NCBI GenBank assembly: GCA_016933055.1
Contig: JAFGBS010000009.1
Span: 330,001-362,000, forward strand
DNA from: Promethearchaeota archaeon
GTDB taxonomy: Archaea; Asgardarchaeota; Lokiarchaeia; Sigyniarchaeales; Promethearchaeaceae
DNA length: 32,000 nt
Direction of reading: 5' to 3'
Shown: positions 27,041 to 32,000 of the stretch, piece by piece
Numbering within the stretch: the first letter of the stretch is position 1
How the letters are laid out: every line of letters starts with the position of its first letter
Made by a program: the position numbers and the translations under genes
Notes under the pieces: generated by a model
Told to the model about the DNA's origin: nothing
The model's database searches: none
The model's input: the letters and a program-made list of their open reading frames with translations, nothing else

Positions 27041-28570
27041 TCAGAATTCTAGAAAATCATATAATAATTTATTCAATAAACGGTAAAATTTGATCGCGCC
27101 TGTATTTTTGAAGAATTTAAACCAAGGTAATATTGGATAGCAGTCTAATGTTGTATCATCATTCAATTTTCGTAGCAGAAAAAGAAATGAAAGATACTTA
27201 AATGGGTTTATTGAATTGCGTTCCAAAATCAAGAATTTAATTATATGGCGTAAATAATTTTTATTGATAAAAATGATTGTGCTAAGAAACCCCCATTGAG
27301 ATGAAAGGGAATTATATAATGATTCTTTTTTCATATCAGAGATTCCTAAATCTTGTGCTGTATAGTACTGAATGTGCTGCAATATAGATTGATTAAACTT
27401 AATTCGTAAAGCTTCTACGATTATCTTACGTTCATTAGTAAATACTATGGCAAGTTGATCGTTTGGACCAATACTCTCCTTGAAACATTGAATTATATTT
27501 GAGGGTAAGGACCAATAGGATAATTTTCTCGGATTTAAGAGAAATCCACATATTCTGGTGAACAGTCGAACATACCCATTGTAGATAATAGGACGGGGAA
27601 TAACATCCCATAGTTCTTCATTTTTTTTAACAAAATAAAGAAATCTCTGAAGTAAATATTCCAATCGCTTATCAGAAAGTGGAAAATCAGACTCACACAG
27701 ATCAGAAATAAAATCGTAGCACCAATCTATGTCAACAAAATAACCCACTTTCGCCCTATGTCTCTTAGTATATTCTCTTTTAAATTCTCTCATGAAATGG
27801 ATCCACCGATAATGATCTTTAATGGTAGTTCGACCAAATTCATAAGGTTTTGAGATTAGAATAGAGGAAGTATTTTTCTTGAGAAAAGTAACATACCAAT
27901 CCTCATCGAAAAATGTAATTGGTATTGTTTCATTTTTGAATTCGCACTGAAATTTCGCGAAATATTCCTTATAATTAACGAATTTCTCAGTAAAATAACT
28001 TATAGTTGAAATTAAACGAATTTGGGGATAAGAAACGATGAAGTTTTTTACGCATCCCTCCAGTAATAATTCAAACAATTGTATTAACTTTAATTCTTCT
28101 TTCTCGGAGTTTTGAATAATTTGAGAAAGATTTCGTAGATAATCAGCATCAATTATCTTCATTCGACCCAATTGGGCAGCATACTTATTTTGAATGAAGG
28201 TACAAACTGATTGGAATACATTCTTCTTTTCACCTTCTAAATTGAAATTTTCAGGAATTACATCCAATATGACATCTTGAATCGTCGTTTGTTTTATGGT
28301 TAAATTTACTAAAAGAGATTCCATTATCAGTCTTCTATTATAATCATATACAATTATTAGGAAATCATCCCTCTCATCTATGAACGCTAAATATTTTGTT
28401 AGAAGTTTGTAAGCATGGTATAAATTGATATATTTATTTAAAAAAGGGATTTGTATATCTTCTAATTTCTGTAAACTCATAAATGATCGATTTGTATCTC
28501 CCACCAATGAGGACTGTTCGAAATTGGAGATTGTTTTATAAAAAATTGCTAGGTCTTCAAGATATTTCAT
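27041..28570 (-). CDS. Hypothetical protein with three internal ~150-aa repeats
   Basis: 509-aa ORF with ATGA overlap to the upstream stop and AGGAG SD; no recognised family. Confidence 0.8.
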   Translation of the reverse strand: MKYLEDLAIFYKTISNFEQSSLVGDTNRSFMSLQKLEDIQIPFLNKYINLYHAYKLLTKYLAFIDERDDFLIIVYDYNRRLIMESLLVNLTIKQTTIQDVILDVIPENFNLEGEKKNVFQSVCTFIQNKYAAQLGRMKIIDADYLRNLSQIIQNSEKEELKLIQLFELLLEGCVKNFIVSYPQIRLISTISYFTEKFVNYKEYFAKFQCEFKNETIPITFFDEDWYVTFLKKNTSSILISKPYEFGRTTIKDHYRWIHFMREFKREYTKRHRAKVGYFVDIDWCYDFISDLCESDFPLSDKRLEYLLQRFLYFVKKNEELWDVIPRPIIYNGYVRLFTRICGFLLNPRKLSYWSLPSNIIQCFKESIGPNDQLAIVFTNERKIIVEALRIKFNQSILQHIQYYTAQDLGISDMKKESLYNSLSSQWGFLSTIIFINKNYLRHIIKFLILERNSINPFKYLSFLFLLRKLNDDTTLDCYPILPWFKFFKNTGAIKFYRLLNKLLYDFLEF

Positions 28571-30291
28571 CCTTTCATCTCCTGTTGATTAACTGAATCT
28601 TCTATCACATCTGTAAAGTTATTTGAACCAATTTTTATGTAATCCTCTAAAAAGACCTTCCTCATTGTTAATCCGGGCGTCCATCTTCTTTTAAAAAATT
28701 TCACTAATGCGTTCAAATAAGCGAAACCATCAGGTGGACATCCAGAAATTTCTAATATGTTTGGATTTAACTTAGTAAGTGGGTTTTTCTCTCGTTTTTT
28801 CTCTCGTTTTTGAATTCGATTTTGTAGAGTGTGTTGTAATTGCATTCGATAGGTCCCAAATCGTTTCATTCGATTAATTTTTTGCGTTAATCGCTTTTTC
28901 GCTCGTTCTCTCTTTTTACCTTCAGGAATTTCATGAATTATAAAATCGTAATGTTTTTGCAATTCAACTTCTTGTTTTTGGATTCTAATTTTTAATCTAG
29001 CTCGCTCTAAATCAATATCTCGTTCAGATCGAATTTTGCTCTTAACAATTATTTTTCTAAATCGGCGATCTTTTGTAGATTCGATAGCACAATCCCCAAA
29101 GATGATGCAATATTCATTACTCGGTTCAATAGGATTCTTTCCAAGTAACACCGAATATTGGGGTAAGGTTTCTTGGTCCTTTATCATACAAGTCTTCAAT
29201 AATAACAACATTTCCGTTGCAGCCTTCTTGCACCCGGAACACATTACTCCTTTACAAATTTCTGTTTTATTAGGCCAAATTTCAGTAATGTTGATGAAAG
29301 TTTCATGTCCGCTAACTTTCGGAATGATTTTATCCTTTTTATAAGATTTTTTGCTCCAAAACCTTTTTTTCTCCTCTTCTTCTTGCTCCTTTTCCTTTCC
29401 ACTGAGTAAAAACGAAACATCCCTCTCTTGGATGTGATTTTCATTATCTTCATATAAGCTTATTTCAAATCTTGATTTTTGCTCGTCACTCAATAGACTA
29501 TAATCAAAATTCTTAATGTATTCCACCAAAGGACTATCGTTAGGATCTAATCCAATTAAACGGAATGCCACATAATCTCCTATTATTGAATTATCAGAAA
29601 TCATCGACATATGAGAATAGAGAATGCTGCTATCTTTGTATAGAAGCGGTCCAGCTCTTGATAAACACACAGAAAAATCATATATAACTAAGTCAGGGGG
29701 ATGAATCAAGTGGGATTCCAGGATAATTTGATTATATTTTTTGAGATATAAGTCATTCTCACAAAAATGTGGATCATTATATTCTTGAGGAAGAGTTTTT
29801 ACCTGATTTCCAATAAGATATTTTGAACTTTCGATTGCCATGCTTAATAAATTAAACATTGATATCTTGGGGTTGACTATAGAAATAAACAATTCTGCCT
29901 TTTCTATCATCTTAGGGTATTCAATAACGTAATTTGACATTTCATACTCTGATTTTTCTTGATTTCCATCTAACGGTATGAATTGTACAAGTGGAAATTG
30001 TGAGGATATATATGTATTAAACCCTAAAGAATCCCAGACCTTTTTAGGAGAAATTGTGCTAAGAGACCCTCCAACTACAGATATTTGTTTTACCCCGAAT
30101 TCAAAAAGTGTTTTAATAACGTAATACAAAAACTCAGGATTAATAGTGACGGGATAAGTTTGTGGAAAAGAAAGATCTATCTGTATTAACACCGAAGAAC
30201 ATTCTTTTATTCGAATTTTATAAGGTTCGAATAGCATTTGTACCGATAGTTGAAGATTAGAGATATTGGAAATGAGGATTTTAGATTTCAC
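28567..30291 (-). CDS. Degenerate DUF362-like Fe-S protein with long Lys/Arg-rich insertion
   Basis: VTINPEFL...GVKQISVVGGS, YPKMIEKAELFI, PDLVIYD, C-terminal CKGVMCSGC, FGDC, GCPP. Confidence 0.65.
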   Translation of the reverse strand: MKSKILISNISNLQLSVQMLFEPYKIRIKECSSVLIQIDLSFPQTYPVTINPEFLYYVIKTLFEFGVKQISVVGGSLSTISPKKVWDSLGFNTYISSQFPLVQFIPLDGNQEKSEYEMSNYVIEYPKMIEKAELFISIVNPKISMFNLLSMAIESSKYLIGNQVKTLPQEYNDPHFCENDLYLKKYNQIILESHLIHPPDLVIYDFSVCLSRAGPLLYKDSSILYSHMSMISDNSIIGDYVAFRLIGLDPNDSPLVEYIKNFDYSLLSDEQKSRFEISLYEDNENHIQERDVSFLLSGKEKEQEEEEKKRFWSKKSYKKDKIIPKVSGHETFINITEIWPNKTEICKGVMCSGCKKAATEMLLLLKTCMIKDQETLPQYSVLLGKNPIEPSNEYCIIFGDCAIESTKDRRFRKIIVKSKIRSERDIDLERARLKIRIQKQEVELQKHYDFIIHEIPEGKKRERAKKRLTQKINRMKRFGTYRMQLQHTLQNRIQKREKKREKNPLTKLNPNILEISGCPPDGFAYLNALVKFFKRRWTPGLTMRKVFLEDYIKIGSNNFTDVIEDSVNQQEMKG

Positions 30292-30378
30292 TTTTTATTA
30301 TCCCACTGGTATGAAAGACTCACTTGTTAAATATAATGTGTCTTCATTGCATCGTTAGTGTCTTTGTGTTTCTTTCAT

Positions 30379-31602
30379 CTATTTCATATGGGATTGTTTT
30401 TCATGAGAGCCATAAGCTTTATTTCGAGATGCTAACTGTCCTAATATTTTTTCTAACTCTGGAGCGATCTGTCCTACTGGTTCACTACTATACGGGGTAC
30501 CAGGTAACGGCATGAACGTATGGGTGTGAATTCGTATTTTTTTCGAAGATTTAAGAATATCCCTGAAAAATTGAAGAGTTAGGGTTATATCTTCTTCTGT
30601 TTCTCCGGGAAGTCCAAAAATAAAATCTAAATCAACTCCGTATCCATAACCTAGTATCAATTCTATAGCATCTAATGCTTGTTGAAACGTATGTGCCCGA
30701 TTACAACTTTTCAGTAATTTATCTGATGCGCTTTGAACTCCAATAGTGAAGAATTTATTGCTTATAAAGGGATGAACTGCTTCCATCATCTCCGTAGTGA
30801 CATATTCTGGTCTAATTTCCGAAGGGAAAGTGCCAAAATAAATTTCATCTAAGTTCGGGATAGCCTTAATATCATGAAGCAATTTTTTTACAATTACTGG
30901 ATTAGTACTCTTGCCTTTAGGAGAACCATATGCAAATGCATTGGGAGTAGTAAACCACACCCGGTCATAACGAATCTCCACAGCTCGTTTTATCCAACGA
31001 ACAATATTTTCAGGAGCAACATGTCGCATGGTCGTATACAAATGTCCTGTTTGACAAAATTTACATCGGAAAGGACATCCCCTGCTTATTTCGATAGGAC
31101 AAAATACTCGGTATTTTTCTGAATAAGGGGGATATTTATTCAGATCTACAGATTCATTAACAACATATATTTTTGCAACAGACGAAATGCTGCTTTTTAT
31201 ATCAGCGAGAAATTTAGGAAAACTGATTTCTGATTCTCCTAATATTACAAAATCAGCTCCCATATGTATAACATCTTCTGGATGACCAGTAGCATGCCAT
31301 CCACCAACTACAATTAACAAGTTTTTGCATAATTTCCGTAGTTTCGGTACGTTGTGTTCCATAAAATTTTGAAAATCCGTTCTCTGCGCCGTCATCAATG
31401 ATACTGGTATAATCACGTAAGGGCGCTTTCGAATTTGGTAATGCAATAAATTTGAGGGTACTAGTCTGAAAAGATTTTTTCTGATAATCACAATATCATA
31501 AAGATTCTGGATTTCTGAATTATATTCAATCACACTCAACAATTTTGCATAGGAATACACATTTGGTTTCGAAACGCAAAAGAACAGTAAAGGTTTTAGC
31601 AT
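30379..31602 (-). CDS. B12-binding domain/radical SAM protein (MJ1487-like family)
   Basis: VVGGWHATGHP, GESE, IEISRGCPFRCKFCQT, FPSEIRPE, IGVQSAS, DFIFGLPGE, HTFMPLPGTP. Confidence 0.87.
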   Translation of the reverse strand: MLKPLLFFCVSKPNVYSYAKLLSVIEYNSEIQNLYDIVIIRKNLFRLVPSNLLHYQIRKRPYVIIPVSLMTAQRTDFQNFMEHNVPKLRKLCKNLLIVVGGWHATGHPEDVIHMGADFVILGESEISFPKFLADIKSSISSVAKIYVVNESVDLNKYPPYSEKYRVFCPIEISRGCPFRCKFCQTGHLYTTMRHVAPENIVRWIKRAVEIRYDRVWFTTPNAFAYGSPKGKSTNPVIVKKLLHDIKAIPNLDEIYFGTFPSEIRPEYVTTEMMEAVHPFISNKFFTIGVQSASDKLLKSCNRAHTFQQALDAIELILGYGYGVDLDFIFGLPGETEEDITLTLQFFRDILKSSKKIRIHTHTFMPLPGTPYSSEPVGQIAPELEKILGQLASRNKAYGSHEKQSHMK

Positions 31603-31663
31603 CCACTCACATCATGACGAAATTCAAACTGCAATTCGAATTTTTGAAATATATAAAGAATTG

Positions 31664-31828
31664 AAAAAGAAAAAGTAAATGATTTCAGACTGTTACTTCA
31701 ACCTAGTATAACATCATTACCAACATATAACCTACGAAAACAACTTCGGATATAACGTCAAATGCAACAAAAACTCTTACGTAAAATACGTAGGTAGAAT
31801 TCAAGAAAAAATAAAAAAGAAAAAGTAA
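31664..31828. repeat. 15-bp direct repeat pair AAAAAGAAAAAGTAA
   Basis: Identical copies at 31664-31678 and 31814-31828. Confidence 0.6.
31805..31826 (-). terminator. Putative oligo-T terminator of the thermosome gene
   Basis: Minus strand reads several T5-T6 tracts starting ~15 nt after the TAG stop. Confidence 0.5.
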
Positions 31829-31840
31829 TAACTTTCGTAT

Positions 31841-32000
31841 CTAGTACATGCCGCCACCAGGAGGCATTCCAGGAGGTCCACCAGAATTTGCACCGGCAGA
31901 TATAATATCGTCGATTCTTAATATCATCTGAGCGGCTTCACTTGCAGATTTGATGGCTTGCTTCTTTACCACGATTGGTTCAATAACTCCTGCTGAAAGA
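31841..32000 (-). CDS. ths: Thermosome (group II chaperonin) subunit, C-terminal fragment; gene continues beyond the window
   Basis: Manual translation of 31999-31841: [52 protein letters not shown]. This matches the thermosome [24 protein letters not shown] motif plus the GGM tail. Absent from the ORF track. Confidence 0.93.
   Translation of the reverse strand, partial: LSAGVIEPIVVKKQAIKSASEAAQMILRIDDIISAGANSGGPPGMPPGGGMY

Noticed and set aside
1051-28585. SD motifs on operon-internal genes with frequent TTG/GTG starts, and apparently leaderless first genes
   Set aside because: A real pattern, but the expected archaeal translation-initiation arrangement rather than a novelty.
28784-28811. 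Tandem CTCTCGTTTTTT repeat
   Set aside because: Only two copies, encoding KREKKREK in a low-complexity protein segment; not a CRISPR array or contingency locus.
31684-31720. Possible C/D-box sRNA on the minus strand (ATGATGT...CTGA)
   Set aside because: Imperfect C box, only ~33 nt from C to D, and no convincing D'/C' pair.
1-32000. tRNA, rRNA, CRISPR arrays, IS elements, selenoprotein UGA within redox motifs
   Set aside because: No cloverleaf, repeat-spacer periodicity, transposase motif or terminal inverted repeats seen by eye; the Grx, FTR and CCG motifs all use plain Cys.

Overview
AT-rich archaeal chromosomal window. The C-terminus of a group II chaperonin (thermosome) at the right edge shows it is archaeal. 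The gene content (several SCP2 domains, paralogous URO-D/MtaA-like proteins, long lineage-specific hypotheticals) suggests Asgard Lokiarchaeia, which is an inference. It holds about 28 densely packed CDS, mostly on the minus strand; I saw no rRNA, tRNA, CRISPR array or transposase. The most notable content is a set of genes pointing to anaerobic glycerolipid/ether-lipid chemistry: (i) a glycyl-radical enzyme of the GCVEP eliminase type fused to an N-terminal SCP2 lipid-binding domain, with its activase; (ii) an alkyl-DHAP-synthase-like (HHH) flavoprotein paired with a CCG Fe-S subunit; (iii) a stand-alone SCP2 abutting a URO-D/MtaA-like enzyme; (iv) an FGGY kinase resembling eukaryotic GK5 that has lost two glycerol-binding residues. 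Other oddities are a winged-helix/Zn-ribbon plus CorA-like membrane protein pair, an ECF S-component that appears to start at ACG, a degenerate DUF362 with a long basic insertion, and a protein with three internal ~150-aa repeats. All family assignments come from motif reading and memory; no database search was run.
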